A stretch of 64,000 bases of DNA, from positions 40,412,388 through 40,476,387 of the forward strand of contig NC_092670.1 in NCBI RefSeq assembly GCF_964355755.1. Reading direction: 5' to 3'. This document shows positions 1 to 47,339 of the stretch, piece by piece. Numbering within the stretch: position 1 is the first letter of the stretch; each line of letters begins with the position of its first letter. The position numbers and the translations under genes were made by a program. This stretch comes from Antedon mediterranea. Its lineage: Eukaryota > Animalia > Echinodermata. A model generated the notes under the pieces. The model had not been told where the DNA came from. It saw only the letters and a program-made list of their open reading frames with translations, and made no database searches.

Positions 1-299
1 TTACGGACTTATTGGAAATGTGTGCGCGTACCGCTCACGTTTCCTCTACCAATTATCAAAGATTTATGTTTTTAATAATATGCATTTATCTATTTATATA
101 GCGTATAGAAATTTGAAATAGTATTGGTAAAGTTTTTCTTACTAAAAGTCCCATAAGGACGATGATGCGCAACCAAAGCATTTTGGAAAAAATATTCGAA
201 TACAGTGATTGGTCATTGTATTACTTGTAGTGCGTAGGAGGCCTACGTCATTGCGTTGTGTCCTCGATCCTATAAAGTCCATTGGGAATTACAAGCTTA

Positions 300-452
300 A
301 GTTTGTCTACACTATCAAACTAGTTTGACAAAAAAAAAATGTGTGCAGTGGTATTGATATGCTCAAATATGGTAGTGATATGACATCATCATGTCTATAT
401 ATGGGCACATCATAATTTTGGTCACATCAAGTTTGACAGTGTAGACAGAGCT
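300..452. mobile_element. MITE family A (TIR AGCTCTGTCTACACTATCAAAC), PIF/Harbinger-Tourist-like
   Basis: Terminal inverted repeats with TTA...TTA flanks. About 16 related copies in the window. Confidence 0.8.
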
Positions 453-1475
453 TTATATACAATTTAATTTATTAGGAGTAAAGTTATTGTAGCATTTTGT
501 TGATTTTAGATTTAATAAAATACAATTTTGTACTATTTATGGTGTTTAGTATTCTCTGAGTTTTTGAAAATTATATTGATAATATTTGTGGTAATAAATA
601 GGTACCAATAAATCGATTTTTGTAATCGATAGACAACACATCGTGATAATGCGGAGAACATAACACATTGATAAAGTTATATTTACGCATTTATAATAAT
701 GATCTTTCTTTATAGCAAATCTTAATTATCTACCTGAAAAGCAATGTAATTAATTTTCATTTTGATTAATGAAAGCAATTGGTACCAGACAAACTTTTCT
801 TTTAATGTTTAAATAGCTTCAAAGTATAAATGTAGCTCTCAGTCTGAGAGGGAAGATTGGAAAAACACTAAAACGAGAAATAAACGAGTATAGAGTAGGG
901 CCGGGAACAATTGCGGTTTTAGTTGAGGGCGGGCATCATTTCCATCAGAAATTATCGAAAAATGGAATCGAATTGTTGGTTTCATTTTTAGATTTTCTTT
1001 GGCTTTTAAATTTTTTTATAAACTTTGTTGATAACTAAGGTAAAGAACATATATTATTACATGTATAATTTTATTATTGCAGTTTTAGAAATGATTCAGT
1101 CACCATTACTATCGTTATTAAGCTAGGCCTAGCTAGAGAGGCAGAACGGGCTGTACGAACATAACGTCCCACTCTCCCAGGCCCTACCTAACCTAGTCCT
1201 AGCTAGAGCTAGTACTAGTAGGTGGGTAAGCTAGGCCTAGTAGTGGTGAGTGGTTATGCAGTCAACTACACACACCATGACCTTGAGTTTGATGGTTCTG
1301 CATTTTTTGTAATTTCCTTTTTTTTTTGCAACTTGTTGAAATGACAATAAATTTAATAATCATTCAGGCCTAGTAGGCCTAGGCTAGTATTATCTTATTG
1401 TAATATTTTTTCAGAATCAAGCTGGAGAAAGAAGAAGAGGAAGCCATCATCATCCCACCAGCAGCAGATAAAAAG

Positions 1476-4400
1476 ATGGCCACTCGTCGTTTGCCGCCAG
1501 GACCATCAGTAATCTCGTCTTTATTGCATTTACTGTGTAGACTTTTGAAAAGCATTGTGTGGAAAGTATGGCAGCTATGCACATCCAGTACACTAATACT
1601 TCTGCTCATTTATTGGGCTTACGGAAGTTTCTTCATTTTACTTTTGGTTTTTAGTGCTTTGTTTGGTAAGAGAAACAGATGCAAATGTTTGTTGATATAA
1701 TTATTTCCATTGAAATAAAAGAAAAATTAATATTTTCCAACCTCTATATGCTGAAATATAAACAATTCAAGATTCAATTTATTTTGTCCTTATATTATAA
1801 ATTAAACTTCAATCTATACATTTAAAAAATATGTTAAGACATGAAATGAATTTCAGTTCTACATTGATATGGATGAAATTTATCCGAAATAAAAGAAATT
1901 GAATTTACTATTTCATGTATAATTTCAAAAAATCTACCAATTTCTTTTTTTGGTTTTTTTTTTCAGGTTTATTTTACAATTTTCAAGATAGTTTACTTTA
2001 TTTTCCACAACAGCCAGAGTCATCAACAATGTACGTAACGCCCCCGAGTGCTGTCGGTATCCCGTATAATAATATTTATTTAAAAACAAAAGATGGTTTG
2101 AGCATTAATGCTGTCTTGTTCAAACAGGCACCTGTCAAATGTTCGAGAGTGCCAACTATTTTATTTTTTCATGGAAATGCTGGTAACATAGGACATAGGT
2201 GAGTGATAGCCTTCTTAATTCCTCCTTTTACATGCTATCTTGTATACATAATGGTAATAGTCAACTCCTCCAATCCCAGACACGTGAAAACAATCCCAAT
2301 TGATGATAATAGGAAATTTCCTCAGGCCTTAAGCTAACTAGTTTGACAAAAATATGTGCCCAAATATGGTAGTGATATACCCAAATATGGTGGTAATATG
2401 ACATCATCATGTCGATATATGGACGCATTATATTTTTTTGTCACAAAGTTTGATAGTGTAGCCAAGGCTTTATGTATGTACAGTATCTAATAATAAAAGA
2501 GTGATTTAACGTGATAAAGAAAATCATGTTAACGACTTCCTGCAGGTTCACATAGAACATCATGATACCCACGATAATTTCTGAATGTGAACCTAGCTAT
2601 TAACAATGTTTAATTTTGATTCACAGATATATAAATGCAAATGCCCTACATTCTGTGTGTGGGTGCAATGTAGTGTTGTTAGAATATAGAGGTTATGGAA
2701 GAAGTGACGGTACACCTAGTGAATCAGGTGAGGTTCATCATCTTACATCATCATCATGTAATCATAATCATCATTATTAGTTAATATCATAAATCATCCA
2801 TCATCATCTAACATTATCATCATCATGTAATCATAATCATCATTATTAGTTAATATCATAAATCATCCATCATCATCTAACATTATCATCATCATGTAAT
2901 CATAATCATCATTATTAGTTAATATCATAAATCATCCATCATCATCTCACATCATCATCATGTAATCATAATCATCATCATTATTGTCCTTATACTGTAG
3001 GCAAATTGCCATCTTTAACCATAAGCGAATTCATTCACATCCTTCTTAAAGGTGGCAATCCTGTTCACAAGACAAACATGTACACAAGATGCTCTACATA
3101 AACAAAGTTTTATTTTACAGTGGAATTTTTTTTTCATCATGAGAAAAAATTCTGGCATCTGACAGGATTTGAACCCAGGACCCTGAGATTGGTAGATGAG
3201 CATCATCCACTAAGCTACAGTACAACTTCTTTTTTTAGGTTTATATATGGATGCCCAGACTGCTTTAGACTACCTCCACACTCGATCAGACATAGATCAT
3301 ACCAAGATATTTGTAATGGGTCGTTCACTAGGTGGTGCTGTTGCAATCCATCTAGCATCGAGAGTTGAGAATCAGGACAGGATACGAGGACTCATTTTAG
3401 AAAATACATTTACAAATATACCAGAAATGGGAGCTGTAGTGATTGGGCTTGAACTCCTCAAATGGCTTCCATTAATGTTTTATAAAAATAAGGTAAGCTC
3501 TTTTGTCAGACTGTTAGTTGTTTCTAATATAAGTGTAAATAGCCAAGTACCAATAGCTGTAAATGGCCAGTATCAATAGCTATAAATAGCAACTTTCTGA
3601 AGTTTTTTGTTCACCACACACAACTAGAATTATAGTAATTCATAAAATATGGAAATATACACTAAATAACAATACAATATCATTGTCATTTATTCAGTAA
3701 TTTGCCTTTGGATTAATATTCATAAGATCCATATATTTTCTTCTTTTTTTCAGTATCTTTCTCTTTTAAAAGTCTTTAGAATACAGGTGCCTACACTATT
3801 CTTATCAGGGTCAGTAGATGAACTTGTTCCTCCACAGATGATGCACAGGTTATTTCAGGTAAAAACATTTACTGGTAATTAATATGTAAATTATGAAAGT
3901 GAATTTCTGTCTATTCTTCAAAAGTTTCATTTAGTTTAATATTTATATGATTTATTCAAACACTATACAATTTGTAACATTTATAGCCAATGGCTAAAGT
4001 TAACACAAATATAAAAACTATGGACATTAACATTTCATTTACAATTAATCTAAAATATAAAGTATAATTCTTAAAGGATATAAAATACACAAATAAATAC
4101 TACATATTAACAGGTGCATATGTTACACCTATTATACTATGGCATTGTAGTTTATTCCAAGAAAAATACCCAGTGTACACGTTTGTATGATTACATACTG
4201 CAATTCTTAAAATTGTATTATTTTGTTTTTAGAGGTGTGGTTCAAGAATGAAAAAGATGGCACGTTTTGAACGAGGAACTCACAATGAAACTTGGCAATG
4301 TGACGGCTATTTCCACACTGTTGGTCAATTCTTGAGTGAAGTAAGTTACTTGAAACCTGTCATAAGACATTTTTCTAATACAAACTCAGGTACCATACAA

Positions 4401-4794
4401 ATGCTTGCATGTTTTGTTTGTTCATATCTGTTCTTGTACTGTATGGTATTAGAATAAATCAAATATACGCACAAATTCCAATGGTTGATAGGTCTTAGAT
4501 TTAAACATGTCCTTAGGCTGAAATGCAATGCCCATCTGCTTTCTTGTAGTACTGCTACCAATTTCATATCACATTATCACGCGGATGCATTCAAGATGGA
4601 ATTCACAATGCCATGCCACAGTTCTTTGTTCATCATTTGAATTAATGTGATATAACAGATACACTATATTTTTCTTCAGTAGTGCGCACTTTAACATAAT
4701 ATTCTATCAATGTTTTCTTTTTCAGGTAACAAGACAGGATAGCATGCCCCTGTTAAGCAGTGCAATATATGGTGCAGAAGAAGAAGATGTATGA
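1476..4794 (+). CDS. ABHD13: Alpha/beta hydrolase domain-containing protein 13 (7 coding exons)
   Basis: Coding exons 1476-1665, 1967-2198, 2627-2727, 3239-3492, 3754-3858, 4233-4340, 4726-4794 (TGA), all GT-AG and in phase. N-terminal hydrophobic segment, FQDSLLYFP, FFHGNAGNIGHR, EYRGYGRSDGTPSESGLYMD, nucleophile motif GRSLGG, ILENTFT, DELVPP (Asp) and GTHNETW (His). A probable non-coding first exon ends at donor 1039/1040. Confidence 0.93.
2332..2469. mobile_element. MITE family A, degenerate copy
   Basis: GTGCCCAAATATGGTAGTGAT core and right TIR GTTTGATAGTGTAG. Confidence 0.7.
2735..2985. repeat. CAT-rich tandem repeat (about 70-bp unit, 3+ copies)
   Basis: CATCATCATGTAATCATAATCATCATTATTAGTTAATATCATAAATCATCC repeated in an ABHD13 intron. 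Confidence 0.85.
3040..3222 (-). mobile_element. tRNA-derived SINE-like element
   Basis: Minus strand has A-box TAGCTTAGTGG and B-box GGTTCAAATCC. The body AAGGTGGCAATCCTGTTCA.AAGACAAACA recurs at about 22640-22700, and a similar head occurs at about 56535-56605. Confidence 0.6.
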
Positions 4795-6159
4795 GTTGCA
4801 GTATAGATATACATATACTGTAACACCTAAGATGTATGAGCTATGAGCTACATTATAGTACAGATAACATATACAGTAAGAGGAAAAATGGATGTGGTCA
4901 TGTTAAAACATAGACTATCTCTCTTGCCTTTTTCCCCTGCCTGTATAAGACCTAAACGCTCTTCCCCCCCCCCCCCCTTGTATTTTACTGATCTGATCGG
5001 GTGGAGGGGTTAGATAAACACCATGAAATAGGAAATTTATTAAAGACCATATTATTAAAGTAGGTATTGATGAGTGGTAGAGGTTTTGCAAGGATGGTAA
5101 TGAAATATGCATGTGTTGTGAACGGGACGAAACGTCTTAAAATCTAATGTATTACCTGTGTGTACTGTATATATATATTTTAAAGGTGGTGTTTTATGTT
5201 TTATGGATAACCAATGTCTTTCATAGATGAATAAAGAATGAAAATACATTCTTAAATTTCTTATAAATTGTTATGGTGGTGGTAGTGGAGTAACTAAACC
5301 AAATAAACTTTGAGTATGAACAATTTTGTGATATTTTATATGTGAACCATGACATTCATTGTCCATGTCATGAATTTAACATTTGCTTGCAATAAGATTG
5401 TTCTTTATGATACAAGCCTGTAGCCAGGGGTTTGTGTGTTCGATTGTAGGTTCTCCTTTTTCGTGAAGTAGTCTTTGCAAACTAGAGATTTGCAGTAAAA
5501 ATATGGTTAATAGGCTTAGCCTAGCTCATGACAATACTTGCTTCTTTTATGCAATGAACTGCCCTCGCTACGGTGCACAGGATTTAAATTTTAAATTTGC
5601 TACTGCTTCTTATATATTTTAACTTAACTTTTTCGATTATTTTGATTGTAAATCACCAGTGATAAAATAATACGTGTTAAATTCAGTAGGCATTCCAGAT
5701 TATATTAATGAATATTTTTATTATTCATAAACTGTATTCAATTTATCATGTTTAGAGTGCTGGTATTTGCCAAACATAAGATAGTGTTGTTTTTCGTCTG
5801 CTTTATATGAAAGTAAGCAATTTTTAAACCGGTTCATGTTGACCATGATGAGAGAAGTAATTGCTTCAATGAGGGGTGTTGGGGGAGGGGGGTATAACTC
5901 AGCTCTCGTACACTAATATATAAATAACTTAATAAATACTAAACTGTACTTAAATGATTTTTTTATTTATATGATGCTACTATATTCAATATAAATAATA
6001 AAATTCAATTCAATATAAATAAATAAATATTCTTATATACTACAATGGTGCAACATCTGCCGCAATTAAAAACCCTAAAAAATAGAATTAAGAAATCAAA
6101 TGTTGCATATTTATTTATTAATTTATGAATTTATTTTAGATATTAGTAAGCTTAGCCTA

Positions 6160-6272
6160 AATCTCTGTGTACACTATCAAACTAATTTGAGTGTGCCCAA
6201 ATATGGTAGTAATATGTCATCATGTCCATATTTGGGCATATCACATAAAGTATGATAGTGTAGATAGAGCCT
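6160..6272. mobile_element. MITE family A copy in the MKRN2OS-like 3' region
   Basis: Both TIRs recognisable, plus the internal core. Confidence 0.7.
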
Positions 6273-6440
6273 AATGCCTTCATGGATTGAAGTCAGTTGA
6301 AATCATGAACAAGTTTTTATCATACCATTTGTATCAAATATAAATAAAATGATTGATTGTATACACATTATATGTCAGAACATTTTCTTTGTTAATGATT
6401 CCTGTAGCAGACGACCCAATCCATGGATTGCTGGTTACGA

Positions 6441-7907
6441 CTATCCTAATTGTTGCTGGATGACTGGGCCATACCGTTCTATGCTACGATATAATGATAT
6501 ATAACGTGCAGCCTTGCTTGTAGCTGGCACAATATATTCTGTTGAAAACTGCGACTTTGTTATAGGTTCATTGCACTTTACTTTCCAATTGTTGAACTGA
6601 ACGCAATTCAAGAAGTTAATGACAAAATCAAAACAATTATGCAAATCTGGATGATATCTGTAAAGAATTTTAAAGTCATTTTTAGTTCTCTTCGTCATAA
6701 AAAGGAATACAAAATAACATTTTTATAATCTTAAGGCTGACAATTTACAGTTTTCTTTTACAGAATTATGAAAAGCAAAAAAAAAAAACATGACATGTCA
6801 CATTTTTCTTTTCTTTTTCATTGTATGTACCGGTATATGTTTCATATGAACAGTTTGTCAAATTTGACAAATTTTGAAATTAAAAATATGGATGATGATG
6901 ATGATTACAATGATCAGATGATGATGATATTGTTTTTTAAAGGCAATCTATATACTGTATATGAACTAATGATAATCCCATGATCGAGTCAAGTATAATC
7001 CCACCATCTCATTTCCCCCAAATTTCATATCCAGGCCCCATGGTCATAATATACTGTAATCAATTCTGTAAACATAGAAAACATTTATCGTACCTGTCTA
7101 TTTGCCAGTTTGGTTCGCTGATCATGTTGCATAGCCTCTCATCCCAGATGTCTTTAAGTACTTCATCTACAAGGTCTACAATTGGTATCGCTAGGCTCTG
7201 TTCCCATGTGGTTGAATCTGTGTCTGTGTGTATACCTTCTTCATCGTAATTGTGTACACAACCTAAAAAAGGGGAATTAAATATTAATGATTATTATAAT
7301 ATGATACATATAATAACAAATCTTTATTTTGTAACAGAGGCTCGTACACAAAATAAAATGTGTTTTTCCATATGATCAAATCATAATTAAAATGATGAAC
7401 GAATATTAAATAAAAAAATATAAATAAAATGAATGGATTAACAAATATGATGAGGGTAAATCTAAATTAATATTTTTATTGTCATAAATCAACATTTAAT
7501 ATAAATATATTTCTGATTTATTGAATTTCAATTACCTTTTGAATCAGTGACACCTGTATGCAAATTAGAACCACTTTTATAGTCCCTGTAAAAATAATAA
7601 ATATTCAGTCAGTATTATGTATAACTCAACTGATTTATTTGTAGTAGAGAAAGTAAATAATATAAAATTAATATTTAATGTTCAAACTTAATGCAGCTTC
7701 ATAGACTTACCTAAGAAAGCTACCCACTGTTGGTTTGACCACGACAGAACAGGGTCTTTTCACTCCATTTATAAATGGTGTTGGGATTGCTACAGGAGGG
7801 CTACGGAGGCTTGACAAATTACCCTTACATACTGGACATACAGGTGGTATATTAAAACAGAATATTCCTTGAGGTTTGCAGTGATTAAATTTCAAAATTG
7901 ATACCAT
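6441..7907 (-). CDS. MKRN2OS: MKRN2 opposite strand protein-like (DUF4796), 4 exons
   Basis: Exons 7907-7711, 7585-7536, 7262-7094, 6657-6441 with consistent phases. Protein reads ILKFNHC...IFCFNIPPVCPVC...IPTPF...VVKPTVGSFLRDY...LHTGVTDSKGCVHNYDEEG...WEQSLAIP...WDERL...W...RY...HNCFDFVINFLN, the pattern I recall for the MKRN2OS/C3orf83 family. Confidence 0.82.
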
Positions 7908-8332
7908 TTAAAAATATCAATACACTGTAACTGTTTTTTTGGAGAAAAAAAAAATTAACACATTCATCTTTCCATTTCTGTATTTTGTTTACATATAGAG
8001 CGCCCTCTAAAAAATTGATTTTTAAAAAGAAATCTAGATTACGTAGGCTACTCGTTTAAACTAAAAAAACAAGAATAAATATACATTAATATAATGCATA
8101 TTCATTAACTGTATTCATTTTTTAAATATTACTAATTAAAGTTATTTACTATAACTGTATACCAGTAATATCAACAATTAATATTTTTGAACATTATTTT
8201 TTATTTTGAATTATTTTTAGTAAGCTAGGTACGCAGATTAATGAGATTGTAACAACGGACGCTTTGCTAGCAGACGATCAAATTTCAACAACTTCCGAAC
8301 AAATCTTCACTTTTAAATACGATTTAAATAAC
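7908..8332. promoter_or_regulatory. Putative bidirectional promoter between MKRN2OS-like and EYS, including a probable non-coding EYS first exon ending at 8332
   Basis: Head-to-head arrangement. Donor AAC|GTAAG at 8332/8333 and acceptor TTGCAG| at 8726 upstream of the EYS ATG. Local CpG cluster at 8230-8335. Confidence 0.55.
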
Positions 8333-8795
8333 GTAAGAAGACACTATATTAATTTAATATCGATATAATTTATAGTATTGTTAATGTATAATGTTGGTGG
8401 AATGTAGTGTTACTATATTATAAATGACAATACTAGTTTATCTTCTTACTTTATTCTTTTTAGTTAGGCTGGCCTTTCTGCTCTGTCTGTAGAGAGGGTA
8501 AATACATGGGAAGGACAGTGAGTGTCAGTGTCTCAATTAAAATTACAGTGTAGGCTAGCTGAAAATAGCAGAGGATAGGGGTCTATTTGGAGATACTTAT
8601 ATTATTTCTAGGCCTAGGCTCTTATAATTAATTAATACATTTAAACAAACGCATTCTTCTACACATGAGAATAAATAGGAATAAATATTCATAAAAATGT
8701 GTATGATTTATTTTGTTCTTTTGCAGAATGAGGGTGTACATTTTAGTATGACAACTGTACTGCAGAATTTTTGTAACATAACTTGATATCAGAGG

Positions 8796-42566
<33,771 letters not shown>

Positions 42567-42646
42567 TGATAATACTTTTAGCACAAGTCTGCCCATGGAT
42601 AGAAAATCGACCTTCCTGTATACATCCTATATAATCCAGTGTAGTA

Positions 42647-42809
42647 CAGTCAACTCTCCCAATACCGGACACCTTTGGGCTGGCTGGCATAATGTCAGAT
42701 TTTCTAAAAAGTCTGGTATTTGGAATGTGCTTCTAATGGTAAAAATTGATTTAGGACATTAAGAAATATCTTGGGAGAGTTTCCGGTTGTTTTCAGAGGG
42801 AGTTGACTG
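42647..42809. mobile_element. MITE family D (TIR CAGTCAACTC..., TA flanks), Tc1/mariner-like, in the EYS 3' UTR
   Basis: TA-CAGTCAACTCTCCCAATACC...GGGAGTTGACTG-TA. Fragments also at about 2259-2285, 28665-28685 and 46657-46710. Confidence 0.72.
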
Positions 42810-43956
42810 TAGAACCACACACTTGAATTGGCATAGATAGAATTAATATGGCATAGTTCGGTGATTGTCACAAATTGAAAATGGTTTTTTTTTTATTCTA
42901 CAAATTAAGATGAATAATTCTTCCTCCATCCTAACATGAATTATTTGCACATTAATGTTGTAGCAATTCATGACAAGAACTTTGCTGAGAATGAGTGTCA
43001 AGATATTCATAATAAATCAATATCATCACCTACATTACATTCAACCATGCTGAATATGTGCACCACTTAAAGTCATTAACACCATTTAAAAACTTATATA
43101 ATGTGCACATCCCGTAATTAGCATATCCACTAACGTACTTTAACAATGCTCACTGTACATTAATCATACATTGTAAGTGATGTTGTCTTTTAGTTCAAAT
43201 CCTGCTTGAGTTACTGTATGTGTGCTTATGGTGTTTTTATAAACACGTGGTCTATCAGAGGAGAGAATGAATAATCACAAATGAAAGGTTTATATAATCA
43301 CTCCTTTCCTATCAGACGTCCTCTCCTTTTCACTTGCCCATTGAATTGAATTTTTTATTTTAATCGGTACAGTACTAATTGTAAATATTTTATATATTTG
43401 CTGCCTGTAATGTGATTATTTTATGTTAAAGTTTATATGTTATGCTACTTAATACAGGGAAGATCTAGGGGGTAGTGCTTCAGATGAGTGACATTATCAA
43501 TTTTTGTCAGACTATAATCGTTATGTTAGCGCTCCCCTTTGAAAAATCCTGGATTTTCCCCTGTAATCAATTTATATATAAACATATAGTTGACCAGTAT
43601 CTATGCGGCGTTATTATTATGAATTTGGTTGAATATTATTTGTAAAAAAAAGATTTAACAAATATGATGGTCCAGTTTTATAAAAAATAATAGTGTATGT
43701 GAACATTAAATTGTTTAAATAATTTATTTTGTAGACAAAAAACCATAAAAATGATGGCACTACAATTGTATAAGAAACGTATTTATAAAATGTTTTTAAA
43801 AAATTATTTACTATACTAACAGTATTATGCTGGTCCTGTAAGGTAATTATCACTTTATTTTTTCATTATAAATTTTTTTTTTTTCTGAACTAAAAATAAA
43901 AATTGTTGAAATGTATTACTGTATTATTTTTAACATATTTAAAGGCACATATGTAA

Positions 43957-44095
43957 AGCTCTGTCTACACTATCAAACTAGTTCTACAAAAAAAGTGTGA
44001 CGTGCCCAAATATGGTATTAATATGACATCATCGCGTCCATATATGGGCACATCACATTTTTTGTCATATAAAGTTTGATAGTGTAGACAGAGCT
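43957..44095. mobile_element. MITE family A, best-preserved copy
   Basis: Matching TIRs AGCTCTGTCTACACTATCAAACT / AGTTTGATAGTGTAGACAGAGCT with TAA...TAA target duplication. Confidence 0.85.
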
Positions 44096-44440
44096 TAAGT
44101 GAAATGATTTCCTACAATCATGTGCAACATACAATGACATTAATCATGTCTCTTGAATGTATAAAAAAGATACACATACTTCAAATGTTAATCATTGTAG
44201 AATCATGTGTGTGGTTGCTTTAGCTCTTTTTGAATAATAATTTCCAGCCATTTATTATGCGTTACTAGCATATAAATACAAGAGCCTTCTTTATGTGCAG
44301 GATTACAGGTGCATATTGACATGTTGCTGGTTATTATGTATTCACAACACAGTACTGTATTCATGCTAAACCGGACATTTTCAAAAACTTATCTGTTCTT
44401 TAGAACACATCCTTCAACTGGGCAATGTATGGCAGCCAAA

Positions 44441-44984
44441 AGCTTGGTTCCCACTAGAACTTAACGCAAGGACGCAAATGCAACGCAAGCGTTTTAACCA
44501 ATGACAAGCGAAGTTATAGACAGTTAGCAATCACAAGCGATTAAGCCATCGCTTGTGATTGGTCAATTCACTTGCGTTGCGTTACGTCCTTGTGTTGCGT
44601 CGCTTAAAGCTCTGTCTACAATATCAAACTAGCTTGACTAATGAATGTGATGTGCCCAAGTATTGTAGTGATATGCACAAATATGGTAATGATATGACAT
44701 CATCATGTCCATATATCGGCACACACCACATATTTTTGTCACATAAAGTTTGTATAGTGTAAACAAAGCTTTAGGTTGTGTCAAATGACTATAGCTTGGT
44801 TCACACTAGGGATGCAACAACTGTAGATACAACCTAAGTGAGGTCAAAACATTGCATTTCATCCTAGTGGGAACCAAGCTTTAGGTTGTGTCAAATGACT
44901 ATAGCTTGGTTCACACTAGGGATGCAACAACTGTAGATACAACCTAAGTGATACATTGCATTGCGTCCTAGTGGGAACCAAGCT
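44441..44984. mobile_element. Nested MITE cluster: family B copy cut by a family A copy (44608-44770), followed by two tandem short family B copies
   Basis: AGCTTGGTTCCCACTAG start at 44441; family A TIRs; two duplicated AGCTTGGTTCACACTAGG...CCTAGTGGGAACCAAGCT units. Confidence 0.75.
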
Positions 44985-47339
44985 TCTGAAACTAGCATCG
45001 TATAGCTACAATAACTATGATTTTTGCTAGTCTTTTTGTGCATTTTGTGATTGCCGTTTCATTTTTTATGTACTAGTGCGAAATTTGTAGAGATAACATT
45101 AGCTGGTCTAATGGTCTTATTAGCCGTCCATTTGTATTCATAGGTATGACATGCCATGTGTGCCAAAATGTATTCATAACATTCCAAATAAAGATTTTTA
45201 AAAATTTGTAAATAATTTGTGGTTTGTTTTTTTTATCCCTACTAACGAAGCTTGTTTGTTGTTTCTTGTCCAATTGTGTATTTATTTGAATAAATGCCCC
45301 AGGGTGTTTATTGTTCAGGAGTGTTTTAAACAAGGCGTTTATTTTTTTTAGCCTAATATGGTAACATGTATAATCAAATATTACTCCTAGATAAGAAAAA
45401 ATACAGCACAATTAATATTGAGAAGTGATAAAAAAACAGTAAAAGTCAATTTGTAGATCAATCAATGAATTCTACTACAAATAGAAATGGTTATAAACCA
45501 ATATTGTGTATATATGCATGTGATGGGGCATTTATTTGCGGAAATAAAAACAAACACAAGACAAATTTGCTATGCTTTGTTTTTAATTAGCATAATTACA
45601 ACAATAAACTTGATCAGTATCAAGAAAATAGAAATTAAAGCTATGAAATAAAATGATTGAATAACATCCATAGAAAACGAAAAATATTAAAATGACCAAC
45701 AATACTTTGATTGCACCTACTACAGTATGTAGTAAATAAGGACTACAATTTGACATAGCCTCCTGGGGTGGATTGCTATAAAACAGTACCACTTACAGGT
45801 TAGACCACGGTATAGCAATGGTCTATAATAAAGACTACTTTCTACGTCATGAATTATGGCCGACTAAGCACTAAGACTGTTTATAGACTGTTCATAGACA
45901 TTTGCCCCTGAATAAACCTATTAAATACCACTGTCATAACATCAACAGTAACTACCTTAAAACCAGAAAGTGACAATCATACTGTACCCTTTTAATGGTG
46001 CTCACTAAGCCACATGGTTGCTAGTGATCATTTACTCAAGGAAAATTGTTCTAATCTAAATGCTGCTACGATGTAAAAGAAAAGTCCATGTGCAAATTGA
46101 TTTCCTTGAGGACCTACAGATGTTTACATCATCACACCTGTTCCAGTCTGGCGTTGGTAAATCAAACAGCAATATTTCATTGCGCCACGTGACAAAACAA
46201 TGACGTTTGGTGTGATCTGCCGGCGCCGGACCAGAACCGTGCCGAAACAGGTGACCATTAATACTAGCCTTGCACAACCAGGTACAAATGTTGAATTTCA
46301 ATTTTACAGTATATAAAGCAGAACATAAATTTATTACTAGTTTATTAATTAATGTCAATTTTGAATTTATATTCCATATATTACAAATTCAAATATAAAG
46401 TGTATTAGCAAATATGATTCACTATAGTACCTACAGACAAGCAAAAACAGCAATTTGATTGGTGGATTGTATATTCAATATGTATATTTGCTGCTCATTT
46501 CTATAAATTGTTTTCAAAATACTTTCTTTCTTTCCTACGGCTACTCATGCATTTGAACATTACACATGATGACACATTGTACAACAAAATGACACACCAC
46601 ACCAAAACCTAATATGTTAGGGAAGAGCAAAAAGAGCCTAAATTTTAAAATCCTGTACAGTCAACTTTCCCAATACCAGACTCTCTGAAAATCAGACTTT
46701 TCTAAGTCTAAAAGTTCACAAAAACCAGAAAACCAGGCAAATTAGACCAGCCCACAGGTGCCCGGTTATGGAAGAGTCGATTGTACCGCGCATTCAAATA
46801 GTTTAACATTTGTTGGATCTTCTTATCTGTAAGTAAACTAATAAGGATTTGTTTACTAACCAGATGATACTTAATATACATTGTACTTATTTCCAAAATA
46901 CTGAAATATTGTTGATTTGCATTCTTCCTTATTTGGATCTCTAACAAGAGCCTGCAGTAATTCTGATTTATAAATATGTAGACGTAAATTTAACGGTAGC
47001 AATTGTTCGCCCATCATTCTGAGCGATCACAGCGAAATCATTCATCAATTATCGATTAAATTTCACAAGACATTTCATTCCTTCTTGATACATTCCTTCT
47101 GCATTGATATCAACAAAGCACTTTGTAAAACACCAGACATGTAATGACCTAATGTGAATACTTACATAATGCCCAGTCGGAAAAAACACAATGCAACAAA
47201 AACAAATTCTATCTTTGCATCAACCGACCGAACATGACACAAAAGTTGTTATCAGGTGGTAGAATGAACGAATGAAATTGCTGACAGTGAATCCCGTTCT
47301 CTCTTGCGCATGTCTCACCAAAAAACGTGTTCACTTAGA

